Shown here in pieces: positions 52,677-61,546 of a stretch of DNA of 64,000 nucleotides; the stretch's first letter is position 1, and each line of letters starts with the position of its first letter. The position numbers were made by a program, and so were the translations under genes. Source of the stretch: a virus; IMG/VR virus record IMGVR_UViG_3300023270_000001, positions 4,140 through 68,139 of that record. One strand, 5' to 3'. The notes under the pieces are model-generated. The model worked only from the letters and a program-made list of their open reading frames with translations. It had not been told where the DNA came from and ran no database searches.

Positions 52677-53833
52677 AGGTCCGCTACTACGGCCACCTCG
52701 GCAAGCCCACCGGCTACGGCGATGCCGCCGGCGAGTTCTGCATGAGCATGCTCGAGGCCGGGATCGACCTCGAGATCTCCACCGACGCCAAGCAATGCCC
52801 GAACCGCTTCTTGCCACTGGCACCTTTCATCCGGGACGTGAACGAGGACAGCGCGGACGTCGACGCGGTCATCATCCACACGCTGCCGGTGAGTTGCGGC
52901 GACGTCCTAGGCGCCGTCGGTCACCTGTGCAAGGGTGTGCCGCGGATCGCGTACACGACTTGGGAGGGGTTCTCTCCGATCTCGCAGGCGGTTGCTAAGG
53001 CGCTCACCCCGTTCGACGCGATCTGGGTTCCGAGCAAGCAGACCTGCCATGCGGTGAAACACGGGCCGGGCGACTTTGACCTCGCCAAGCGCGTCGAGAT
53101 TATCCCGCACGCCTACGACCCGGCGACCAGCGCGCGCCATCGCGGGTGGCGACCAGCGACCAGCGCGTACAACTTCTACTACATCGGCGCCTGGAACCGC
53201 CGCAAGAACGTCGAGGGCCTCATCCAGGCGTACATCCGCGCGTTCGACGGGCATCACGACGTCCACCTGCACGTCCATTCGGCGGGGGCGCCGCAGACAG
53301 CGGGGCGGTTCGCGGCAATCGCGACTGGCGTACCGCAGGAGCAATGGCCGCCTATGTCGTTCTCCACTCAGCACCTCGCGGACGACGAACTCGACGCGCT
53401 CCATCAGGGCGGCCACTGCTTCGTCACCGCGACCCGGGGCGAGGCGTGGAACCTCCCCGCCTTCGAGGCGATGCTCGCACGGCGGCACATCATTGCGCCC
53501 AAGGGGCAGGGGAGCGACGACTTCCTCGCGAACACCTCGGCCGACCGCTACCGGTGCGAGGTTCGGCCGGCCGGCGGCGAGATCCGCACGGTGTCGATGG
53601 ACCCCGCCACCGGCACCGGCCGGATGCAGTACATCGGCGCGCAAGGGATGTCCGTGCACGACGACTGGCACGACCCGGATCCATCGCAACTTGCGATCGC
53701 GATGCGCCGAGCGTATCTCGAGCGCATCACCAGCCTCAGACTTGACTACGACCCCGCCGACCGGTTCTCGCGCAAGGTCGTCGGGGCGAGCATCTATAAC
53801 GCGATCGCGAGCATGAAACGGAAGACCTCATGA
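52673..53833 (+). CDS. GT-B (GT4-like) glycosyltransferase
   Basis: YTTWE, FDAIWVPSKQ, IIPH, RRKNVEGLI, TRGEAWNLPAFEAM. Confidence 0.8.
   Translation: MKVRYYGHLGKPTGYGDAAGEFCMSMLEAGIDLEISTDAKQCPNRFLPLAPFIRDVNEDSADVDAVIIHTLPVSCGDVLGAVGHLCKGVPRIAYTTWEGFSPISQAVAKALTPFDAIWVPSKQTCHAVKHGPGDFDLAKRVEIIPHAYDPATSARHRGWRPATSAYNFYYIGAWNRRKNVEGLIQAYIRAFDGHHDVHLHVHSAGAPQTAGRFAAIATGVPQEQWPPMSFSTQHLADDELDALHQGGHCFVTATRGEAWNLPAFEAMLARRHIIAPKGQGSDDFLANTSADRYRCEVRPAGGEIRTVSMDPATGTGRMQYIGAQGMSVHDDWHDPDPSQLAIAMRRAYLERITSLRLDYDPADRFSRKVVGASIYNAIASMKRKTS
52811..52823. repeat. Palindrome variant TTGCCACTGGCAC (one mismatch)
   Basis: Read directly. Confidence 0.65.
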
Positions 53834-54156
53834 GCAATCACCCATCGATGCACAACACCATCACCAAGCTGTTCGAGACCAACGGTACACCCGACGCGGA
53901 GGGGCGCCGCTTGCTCGAGTGCGTCGTGCTGATACGAGGCAGTTCTCAGGCCATGCAGGGCGTCTTGTCGGTGGAACCCGAAGGCACCCTGAAACTGCTT
54001 AGCAAACTCGGAGAGACCAAGAAGGGCATCGACCGCGTCGACCACTTCATCGAGCAGTTCTTCGAGTGGGATGATGTCGTGCTGGTCGGTGTCGTGCGTG
54101 ACGTCACGGTGAAGAACGACCTTCCAGTCCTTCGCTCATCGATCCTGGCGGGTTAG
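53830..54156 (+). CDS. Hypothetical protein (Sm-like beta pattern?)
   Basis: Overlap with upstream stop. Confidence 0.55.
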   Translation: MSNHPSMHNTITKLFETNGTPDAEGRRLLECVVLIRGSSQAMQGVLSVEPEGTLKLLSKLGETKKGIDRVDHFIEQFFEWDDVVLVGVVRDVTVKNDLPVLRSSILAG

Positions 54157-54548
54157 TCCTCGTCCTCGTCCTCGTCTTCATCATCGTCCTCATCGTCGTC
54201 GCCATCATCGGGCGACATGGCATCGAGGAGCTTGCGCTCGATCACCAGCGCGAGTTCTTCGACCCGACCGCAGCACCACGCGGTGTATGCGGCCGTCTCG
54301 TCTCCGCCGGCGGCCTTGATGTCGTCGGCGACTCCATCGTCCGCTGCCCACTTCCGCTGCTCACGCGCGGTCCGCAATGGCGCGCACACCTGCTCACACT
54401 CGGTCAAGATGACCTGATGCATGGAAGCGTCGGACGCCTTGACCTGACGCTCCAACGCGTCGAGGTCGATGTCCCGCTTGTATTTGACGACGCGCTCCTC
54501 GCGCCCCATCAGGTAGAAGTCCCAGTACCCGTCTTTGATTCGTGGCAT
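54153..54548 (-). CDS. Hypothetical protein with acidic tail
   Basis: TATGAT 6 nt upstream of ATG. Confidence 0.6.
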   Translation of the reverse strand: MPRIKDGYWDFYLMGREERVVKYKRDIDLDALERQVKASDASMHQVILTECEQVCAPLRTAREQRKWAADDGVADDIKAAGGDETAAYTAWCCGRVEELALVIERKLLDAMSPDDGDDDEDDDEDEDEDED

Positions 54549-54600
54549 GCGGCGATCATACTTGACTCGACGCCATCACGTCAGTATAGGTTTGTAACAC

Positions 54601-54789
54601 ATGGCCGACGCGAACGATGACAGCCTGGACCTGGAGGACCTACTCCAGGTGCGCGTCAGCAAGGCCGCGAAGGATGTCATTCGCGAGCTCGGCAAGAAAG
54701 CCGGGCTGAAGCCGAGCTCGATGGCCCGCGTGCTGCTGTACAAGGCGATCGGCTTCTCCCCGGGGCCGGCCAAGGGGAGGAAGTCATGA
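54601..54789 (+). CDS. Small RHH/CopG-like regulator
   Basis: LQVRVSKAAKDVIRELGKKAGLKPSSMARVLL; TTGACT promoter-like element upstream. Confidence 0.6.
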   Translation: MADANDDSLDLEDLLQVRVSKAAKDVIRELGKKAGLKPSSMARVLLYKAIGFSPGPAKGRKS

Positions 54790-55112
54790 TCCGGAAGCTA
54801 CTCGGTGGTCCACGCCAGCCTCCGCCGCCACAGCAGCGCCCGTGGGTTCGCGGCACGGTAGGCGAGGTGCCGTGCCCGCACTGTGGCCACAAGAACAACT
54901 TCACCGAGCTCGACTCCCAGCAGTTGCTGGACACCGGGCACAAGGTCGCCTGCGACAAGTGCCACCGCATGATGGAGGTCTGCCAGATTGCCATCGTGAA
55001 GGTGATCGGCGTCCGCGCGGCCGACGGCGTCGAGAGCCAGAACCCGCACAACCAGCCTGCGAGGCAGGCGTTCACGTTGTCCCCAGCGCAGGCGCGACGC
55101 CTGCTGAGGTGA
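54786..55112 (+). CDS. Double CxxC Zn-finger protein
   Basis: CPHCG and CDKC. Confidence 0.6.
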   Translation: MIRKLLGGPRQPPPPQQRPWVRGTVGEVPCPHCGHKNNFTELDSQQLLDTGHKVACDKCHRMMEVCQIAIVKVIGVRAADGVESQNPHNQPARQAFTLSPAQARRLLR

Positions 55113-55119
55113 ATCACTG

Positions 55120-55560
55120 ATGTCTGATACTCCGAGTCGTGACTACGTCGAATCGGCGCGGACAATCATGTCCGGTTGGTATATCCACCATCCACCAAAC
55201 ACAACCATTGCCGGAGAGGCTCGCGCCATCGCCAAGAGTTTACTCGAGTACATCGACGCTCTCGAGGGGAGGCACCGCGGCGAGGTCGAGCGCATCAAGG
55301 CGGACCGCGACGCGCTCCGTGATGAGCTCGATGGTCATAAGGCGACGCTGGCGCTCTTGGACGCGGACTGCGAGCACTACAAGGCGGGCTGCGAGCGCTA
55401 CAAGGCGCTACTCGCCGACCGACGAACAGGTCCGTGCAGCCTTCAAGAGGTACCCCGGACGTACCTGTCGGAGGAATACTTCCGCGACCGTCTAGTCGAG
55501 CTCACGAAGGCCGTCGACGAACTTCGCCATCGCCTCGATTCTCGAGGCAATAACCACTAG
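55120..55560 (+). CDS. Coiled-coil hypothetical protein
   Basis: Heptad pattern. Confidence 0.55.
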   Translation: MSDTPSRDYVESARTIMSGWYIHHPPNTTIAGEARAIAKSLLEYIDALEGRHRGEVERIKADRDALRDELDGHKATLALLDADCEHYKAGCERYKALLADRRTGPCSLQEVPRTYLSEEYFRDRLVELTKAVDELRHRLDSRGNNH

Positions 55561-55645
55561 GTCATCGCGGCGACCTGATAGCCCCGACTGCCACGTTCGT
55601 GGCCGCGACGTCACGATTGCGAACCATACTACCTTGAGGTCTGAG

Positions 55646-55957
55646 ATGCCCCCGAGACGCCGACCGGCACGCCAGCCGGTCATCCAGCAACCGCCCAACG
55701 AGGATGCCACTGTACGCGACTACGTGATGGCACGTGTCGCGGCGGCGCAGACGCTCGCCAAGGACGCCGAGGCAGCGCTTCACGACCTCATGGGGTTGTT
55801 CCTGTCGCCGGACGATGACCGGGACGGGGAGAAGCGCGCAGAACTCCTCCAGGAGGCGCTCGAGTCGTTCGGCGGCGCTACGCGGGCGCTCGAGGACGCG
55901 GAAAAGAGCATCGTCGACATCGACCCGGCCGAGGGCGAGCCGTGGGAGGATGAGTAG
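55646..55957 (+). CDS. Acidic helical hypothetical protein
   Basis: CATACT upstream, GAGGTCTGAGATG start. Confidence 0.6.
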   Translation: MPPRRRPARQPVIQQPPNEDATVRDYVMARVAAAQTLAKDAEAALHDLMGLFLSPDDDRDGEKRAELLQEALESFGGATRALEDAEKSIVDIDPAEGEPWEDE

Positions 55958-56258
55958 CGTGGCGGCGAACACCGGGCGGTCCGTCGAGGCCGAGATTCGC
56001 TACACGGTCGGCTTGCAGGGCGGCCCCATCGACATCCGCATCCGCGGAGTGGAGTTCAAGGTGAAGATCGACGAAGACATTCTCGTGATCAGGCGCCAGA
56101 TCCTGTCGCACGGCCGCATCGTCGATACGAAGATCGTCGGCGTTCTCGGAGGTTTGGGGTCTGGATCTTACGACGACATCGACGAGAAACTTCGCATTCG
56201 AGACTTCATGAATAACGGCGGCGTGATCGGCATCAGCAAGGAGTTGCTGGGGTCATGA
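55950..56258 (+). CDS. Hypothetical protein
   Basis: GGAGG RBS. Confidence 0.55.
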   Translation: MSSVAANTGRSVEAEIRYTVGLQGGPIDIRIRGVEFKVKIDEDILVIRRQILSHGRIVDTKIVGVLGGLGSGSYDDIDEKLRIRDFMNNGGVIGISKELLGS

Positions 56259-56317
56259 CCGAGGACAAGACGCAGTACCACGGGCGCATCGCCCAGGCGT
56301 TCACGGTGGGCAAATGA
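56255..56317 (+). CDS. 20-aa coupling mini-ORF MTEDKTQYHGRIAQAFTVGK
   Basis: ATGA overlaps with both neighbours, fills the gap exactly. Confidence 0.35.
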   Translation: MTEDKTQYHGRIAQAFTVGK

Positions 56318-57075
56318 TCAACGTTGTCATCCTCGCCCAGGGCACGCAGAAGCGACTCGGGAACGCGTGCGGCCCCAAGCAACTGCTGTCGCTGGCCGCG
56401 TGCGCCGGCGCCCCCATCATCGTACGCACGCTGCGGCAACTCGGCGACCTGGCCAGACTGCGCCCTAGTCACTTCGACATCACCGTGGTCACCTGGAAGG
56501 ATGTCTGGGCGCAGTTGGTGATGCGACACCCAGACGCGCAGAACATCGCGAAGCATGTCGAGCTCGCCGATCCCGGCAACTCCTCCCTGAAGGGGATCGC
56601 CCGCTATCTTGCCCAGCGGGACAGCACTGAACCTCAGGAGGATCGGACCATCGTGCTCCTTGGGGACGTCTGCTACTCCTGGGCGGCCCTGAACGCGCTC
56701 CTGCTGGCCTCCAGAGAGCACGGGTTCGTGGGGACCTCCAACCTATCCGAGAGCGGCGGCGAACTCTGGGGCGTGGCCTGGGCGCGCAAATTCGAGGACC
56801 AGATGACCCGCGACCTGAGCGACGCGCTCCTGCGTCACCCGCCGTTCGAGGATGAGTACCAGCCGGGGCAGATGCGCCGGTGGATACTCGGCTGGCGCAA
56901 GGGGTCGCTGGCCGAGCGCGTGGATCGGCTGCGCCGGTCCGGTCTCTACTTCGACGTCGACGACTACACGATGGACGTGGACCTTGCCATCCACATCCCT
57001 AAACTCGCAGAGGCCAGCGTCCTGGCCAGGGAGGACGACAGCATGAACGGCATGACCTGGGACTCGCCGCGTTAG
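56314..57075 (+). CDS. Sugar/choline nucleotidyltransferase-like protein
   Basis: VVILAQGTQKRLG...PKQLL N-terminal motif; IVLLGD; DVDD. Confidence 0.7.
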   Translation: MINVVILAQGTQKRLGNACGPKQLLSLAACAGAPIIVRTLRQLGDLARLRPSHFDITVVTWKDVWAQLVMRHPDAQNIAKHVELADPGNSSLKGIARYLAQRDSTEPQEDRTIVLLGDVCYSWAALNALLLASREHGFVGTSNLSESGGELWGVAWARKFEDQMTRDLSDALLRHPPFEDEYQPGQMRRWILGWRKGSLAERVDRLRRSGLYFDVDDYTMDVDLAIHIPKLAEASVLAREDDSMNGMTWDSPR

Positions 57076-57157
57076 AACAACGGAAGCTCGCCGGGGAACC
57101 ATCGTCTGACAGGAGCGATGGGACTCGGAGGAGGTGGTTCGATTCCACCACGCGACA
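57066..57157 (+). ncRNA. tRNA-like RNA with a 28-nt structured anticodon region (pseudo-tRNA or tRNA mimic)
   Basis: Acceptor 6 of 7 pairs, U8A9, D-arm with GG, 5-bp stem, 4-nt variable loop, perfect T-arm GGTGG-TTCGATT-CCACC, discriminator A. Confidence 0.55.
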
Positions 57158-57412
57158 CAGGGCTGGGAGGCTGGGTCCCTCAGCGGCCCCTAAATGCGTT
57201 GGGACCTCGTGAGTTTGCAAACGCCACGTAGAGCGTGCTGACAGCCGGGAAAGACCGGCGACTCAAGGGGTGGCTCGGAACCCTGCAATCCGACGACGAG
57301 GCTCCGCTTGGTATCCGAGACGGGATTAGTTCGTTTGCCGAGACGTGGGTGATACATGATAGGCGCCCGACCCAGAGACGGGACAAGGCGGGTATTTCGA
57401 AAGGAGTCTGTG

Positions 57413-57748
57413 ATGTTGACGATACGAGCCTGGTTGCTCGGCGCTGTGGCGCTGAAAGTTCTATCTGATGTCGTCGATGCGATCGGCCGATCGGTCGACG
57501 TCGCGATCCGGGCCACAGATAAGAGGCCGGTGCTCGATTCGGTCGACAACATCAAGCACAACCGCATTCTGCTCTGCGGCGAGGAGCGCCAGTGGGTGAG
57601 CGGAACGGAGGCTGAGATCGACGACGCGGCCACCCGCATGGCTCGCCGCACCAAGCAGTGCGTCACCGTCGCGGTGGCGATCGCTCACTATCACCGGCGC
57701 GGATGCAAGGACCTCCCGGCCGGCGGCCTCGACGTCGTGGGGAATTGA
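57413..57748 (+). CDS. Hypothetical protein
   Basis: AAAGGAG RBS. Confidence 0.55.
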   Translation: MLTIRAWLLGAVALKVLSDVVDAIGRSVDVAIRATDKRPVLDSVDNIKHNRILLCGEERQWVSGTEAEIDDAATRMARRTKQCVTVAVAIAHYHRRGCKDLPAGGLDVVGN

Positions 57749-57751
57749 TCC

Positions 57752-57937
57752 ATGGCCAACTACACGATCACCTTCACGACCGTCGACGACGTGCGGTTCC
57801 CCGGCCGATACATCCTCATCGGTGAGGTCGACGGGGTGCGCTTCTACGCCGCGTTCCATAAGCGTGGACAGCACGCCGAGGACGCCATTCGTAAGGCGTT
57901 CGCCAAGGCATTCGCGACGTCCAGATCCGGCAACTGA
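57752..57937 (+). CDS. Hypothetical protein
   Basis: Protein-like, operonic. Confidence 0.55.
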   Translation: MANYTITFTTVDDVRFPGRYILIGEVDGVRFYAAFHKRGQHAEDAIRKAFAKAFATSRSGN

Positions 57938-57951
57938 ACCACGGAGCGCCT

Positions 57952-58185
57952 GTGCCCAGCCCACCCAATCCTCCCATGACGCGCGCAGAGCGAGCCGTCT
58001 GGACTGCCGTCTACGCTGCCGTAGTCGCCGACCGCGGGGCCAACGATGCCGCAACCGCCGCCTATCGAGCTCGGCAAGCGGTCGACGCGCTGCGGCGGCT
58101 CGCTGTGCTTCCAGCCGTCCAGGATGGCGATCAGATCAAGCGCGACGCTGCGGAGATCATCTTCGGACGGAAGGGACCAACGTGA
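57952..58185 (+). CDS. Hypothetical protein
   Basis: GTGA overlap downstream. Confidence 0.5.
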   Translation: MPSPPNPPMTRAERAVWTAVYAAVVADRGANDAATAAYRARQAVDALRRLAVLPAVQDGDQIKRDAAEIIFGRKGPT

Positions 58186-58763
58186 TCGACGAGTTCAACG
58201 GCCGCCTCACCGGATGGGCGCGCTTTAGCGACTGCCGCACCATGCGGTTCCGCTTGGCTCGCTCTCTGACGTCGTCGAGCCTGCTTGTGGTGGACGGATC
58301 GGTGGTCTTGATCGACCACGCGCTTGGCGGTCCACATGAGAACGTGCCGGTCAGAAGCACTGTGTTCTGCATGCTCAACCCGAGCAAGGCGGACGCGTTC
58401 AGGCCGGACAACACCGTCACGCGTGGCATGGGGTTCGCCAGCCGGTGGGGGTGTCAACTATACGAGGCTGTCAACATCGAGCCATTCCGCTCCACCGACC
58501 CGAAGGGGCTGTACACATGGACCGACAGCGATCGGAACCACGAAGAGAACCTCCAGCACATCCTGTCGGCGTGCCGCCATGCCACGATCGTCATCGCCAG
58601 TTGGGGTGTCCACGGCGAACACCGCGGTCGCGGGCGTCAGGTCCGCACGTTCCTGGCCGACCACGGAATCAGGCTCCATCACCTAGGGCTGACCAAGGAC
58701 GGCCACCCCAAGCACCCGCTATACCTGAAGGCGGACACCGAACCAACCGAATGGAGGCCGTGA
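58182..58763 (+). CDS. DUF1643-like protein
   Basis: MLNPSKAD...DNTV, VNIEPFRSTDP, IASWG, TKDGHPKHPLY. Confidence 0.8.
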   Translation: MIDEFNGRLTGWARFSDCRTMRFRLARSLTSSSLLVVDGSVVLIDHALGGPHENVPVRSTVFCMLNPSKADAFRPDNTVTRGMGFASRWGCQLYEAVNIEPFRSTDPKGLYTWTDSDRNHEENLQHILSACRHATIVIASWGVHGEHRGRGRQVRTFLADHGIRLHHLGLTKDGHPKHPLYLKADTEPTEWRP

Positions 58764-59257
58764 TGCGCGACGTTCTCGGAGAGCGCCTTGAGAGATGGGA
58801 TGCATACCTCGACGGCAAGATCACGCTGGAGGAGGCGCGCTGCGATGACTTGCCACTGGCAAGGTACCGCCTCGCGGAGGGCGACGACGGGAAGGAGTTC
58901 GACTGGAACGACGAATCGCAGGCGACGGTCGCATGCTCGCCGCTCGTCACCGCGACGCGCGCGATCTCCGCGTACAAGGTGAATGACACCTCGGAGCACG
59001 CCGAGCTCAGCCGGTACGTGAGCGTCGGCTTGAACGCCGGGATGGCGATGGAGCAAGCCTCGAGTTGGGCGCTCGAGGTGTTCTGGGCCAGCGACAACCG
59101 CCGGCCTGCTCTCACCTGCTCGGTCATTCCGCCGGAGAGCCAGCGGTTTCGCGTCGCCTGCAACACGGTGGTCGCTGCCGTGGCGGCGGGGTCGTTCGTC
59201 GCGTCCGGCGGCCTCGAGTGGCTGGCGTGGATCCTCCTGCCCTGGAGGATGTGGTGA
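58763..59257 (+). CDS. Hypothetical protein
   Basis: GGAGG RBS; overlaps. Confidence 0.55.
   Translation: MRDVLGERLERWDAYLDGKITLEEARCDDLPLARYRLAEGDDGKEFDWNDESQATVACSPLVTATRAISAYKVNDTSEHAELSRYVSVGLNAGMAMEQASSWALEVFWASDNRRPALTCSVIPPESQRFRVACNTVVAAVAAGSFVASGGLEWLAWILLPWRMW
58850..58862. repeat. Palindrome TTGCCACTGGCAA, copy 8 (coding)
   Basis: Exact match. Confidence 0.9.
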
Positions 59258-59667
59258 GCGTCACCACAGACCTGATCGGCAAGCGCGTCACGGTCCGCAA
59301 GTACACCCCGGGCACGGTGCCGCTCGACGGATCCTGGGAGGACTACAGCGGCATCGTGCGCGCAGTCTCCACGGCGAAGCACGACGAAAACGGGCTGTCG
59401 TTCCACCTGCTCATCGAGACGACCTCGAGCGACCGCAAGGGTAGTCGCAGCGGCCCGACGCGGCTGTTCGTCGCCGACGTGACGCACGACGAGGTGCACG
59501 TGGTGCCCGGCGCATGCGGAGCCACAAATATCGGCAGCGTCTGCTCGCTACCTGCTGGCCACGATGGTTTGCACGCTTCCTGCTGGACTTGCCCAGCGGC
59601 ATCCCGCGAGTGCCTCATTCGTCAGCAGTGCACCAACAAGTGCGGGAAGAACGACCCGAAGCCATGA
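59254..59667 (+). CDS. Hypothetical protein with C-terminal Cys cluster
   Basis: GTGA overlap; CSLPAGHDGLH. Confidence 0.55.
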   Translation: MSVTTDLIGKRVTVRKYTPGTVPLDGSWEDYSGIVRAVSTAKHDENGLSFHLLIETTSSDRKGSRSGPTRLFVADVTHDEVHVVPGACGATNIGSVCSLPAGHDGLHASCWTCPAASRECLIRQQCTNKCGKNDPKP

Positions 59668-60053
59668 GCCGCAAGATGGCGCGCAAACTGCGCAAGCAGA
59701 AACCGCCGCGTGTGGACGAACAAGAACTGGCAAGCTGGCTGAAGGCCAACGCTGAACTCACTCGCCATCGCCATTGCGACTCGTACATCGAAGACCCGGC
59801 GGCGCCGGAGGCTCTCCGCGTGTTCCTGGCGTGGGCGCGATCACCTGCGCACGGGCTACTACTGCCGCCGCCGCACCCGAAGTTGTTCGCCACCGTCGCC
59901 TCCGATGGCAATAGCCTGACCGGTAAGCGGGTGAGAGTGGTCATGGCGTCGCGCTTTGGATACGTCGGGATTCACGCAGACCACAACGCGGATCACGGGT
60001 ACCAGAGCACCGCCCACGTCGCGGACTTAACCGACTTCGGCACGGAGCCATGA
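59664..60053 (+). CDS. Hypothetical protein
   Basis: ATGA overlaps; VVMASRFGYVGI. Confidence 0.55.
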   Translation: MSRKMARKLRKQKPPRVDEQELASWLKANAELTRHRHCDSYIEDPAAPEALRVFLAWARSPAHGLLLPPPHPKLFATVASDGNSLTGKRVRVVMASRFGYVGIHADHNADHGYQSTAHVADLTDFGTEP

Positions 60054-60319
60054 CCAAACACCGCAAGGTCAGCGCACGCAAGCGCCGCGGGATGCTCATC
60101 ACGAAGTTGATGGCCCGCGACGGCTGCGATTGCAGGATCTGCGGTCAACCACTCGAGCGCTCGGTCTCCGATCCGGAGAGTTGGCAGTACATCACGTTCG
60201 ACCACGTCATCCCGTCGAGCATGGGAGGTTCCTCCAAGGAGGACAACCTGCGCTTGACCCATCTGCTCTGCAACCAGCTTCGAGGGACAAACCCCGTCGA
60301 ATGGGAGGCTATCCAATGA
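60050..60319 (+). CDS. HNH endonuclease
   Basis: RDGCDCRICG, DHVIP, NL...LCN. Confidence 0.85.
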   Translation: MTKHRKVSARKRRGMLITKLMARDGCDCRICGQPLERSVSDPESWQYITFDHVIPSSMGGSSKEDNLRLTHLLCNQLRGTNPVEWEAIQ

Positions 60320-60921
60320 CGAAGAGATCCGTTTCCACCGATGCACTCGACACCCTGGGCACGCTGATCGACGACAAGCAGAAGCGCGACGCCATCCACC
60401 TTGCCGTCGAGCCTGTCGTCGCAGGAGAGGATGGACTCCTCGGCGGCAATCACATCACCGTGCGCGATGGAGCGGCATTCTATTGCGCGCCTGGCGATCC
60501 GGCGGCGCTCGGCATCGTCGACCCGTTCCTCACGGTGCAGATCAAGAAAGGTGATCGGTTCTGGTTCGTGATGTACCCAAGGATGGTGCACAGCCTCCGT
60601 CACGTGTGGACGCACCCAGCGTTTCCCGATGAGGTTCAGGTCGCACTCGACAAGGTGGCCGACGAACGCAAGGCGGAGTCCGAGAGGTGGCTTCGTGAGC
60701 ACATCGAGGCCGCTGGGTTCGACTACGACCACATCATGGAAGAGATCAAGCAGGCGCTCGGCGTGATCGGTGTGACCGGCGAGCATAACTTTGGCTGCTG
60801 GGGTCTATCGTCGGGCTCAAGCGACAGCTTTTACCCGCCGGATGATTTCTGGATGCATGCGGAGATCGTCCTCGGCATCAAACTCTCGAATCATCCATCG
60901 TACTTCGCGTGTTCATGCTGA
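60316..60921 (+). CDS. Hypothetical phage protein
   Basis: RDAIHLAVEP...GIVDPFL...LRHVWTHP-type pattern. Confidence 0.65.
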   Translation: MTKRSVSTDALDTLGTLIDDKQKRDAIHLAVEPVVAGEDGLLGGNHITVRDGAAFYCAPGDPAALGIVDPFLTVQIKKGDRFWFVMYPRMVHSLRHVWTHPAFPDEVQVALDKVADERKAESERWLREHIEAAGFDYDHIMEEIKQALGVIGVTGEHNFGCWGLSSGSSDSFYPPDDFWMHAEIVLGIKLSNHPSYFACSC

Positions 60922-60925
60922 CCTC

Positions 60926-61546
60926 GTGATCGTGATGGTATCCAACCAGACCGGCATCGAGGTCGGGCTTCTCGCCATGAAGCACCCGGGCCGGATCGGC
61001 CACATGTTCTCGCCCGGCGGCGAGCGCGGGCCATGGCGGGAACTGCCCTACGCGCTCGACAACGACGCGTGGCCGGCGCACAAGAACAAGCGTCCGCGCG
61101 ACGTCGACGCGCACCGGCGCTTGCTGCAGTGGTCGCTCATGTCCGGCATCGCGCCGCTGTTCGCGCTCGTCCCCGACGTCGTTGCTGATCGGGATGCCAC
61201 ACTGCGCGAATGGGACATCTACGCCCCCCCGATGGCGGCGATGGGGTTCCGGCTCGGGTTCGCTGCACAGGACGGCATGACGGCGGCCGACGTTCCCGAC
61301 AGCGGTTGCATGGTGTTCCTCGGCGGCTCGACCGCGTGGAAGGATGCGGCGATCGCGCCGTGGTGCGCGGCATTCCCGGGCCGCGTGCATGTTGGTCGCG
61401 TCAACGGCTGGCCGAGGCTGCTCGCATCATGGCGCGCTGGCGCGGTGAGCGTCGACGGCACCGGGTGGTTTCACAAGGGCAACGGCGGCGTCTCGCAGGC
61501 GGCCGATTTGCGCAAATTCCTGCGGGAGACACAGGACACGCCGTGA
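60926..61546 (+). CDS. TGT/DpdA-like TIM-barrel protein
   Basis: ALDND, VPDVVAD, AQDG, FLGGST.WK, HVGRVN, SVDGT motifs; coupled to queD. Confidence 0.5.
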   Translation: MIVMVSNQTGIEVGLLAMKHPGRIGHMFSPGGERGPWRELPYALDNDAWPAHKNKRPRDVDAHRRLLQWSLMSGIAPLFALVPDVVADRDATLREWDIYAPPMAAMGFRLGFAAQDGMTAADVPDSGCMVFLGGSTAWKDAAIAPWCAAFPGRVHVGRVNGWPRLLASWRAGAVSVDGTGWFHKGNGGVSQAADLRKFLRETQDTP

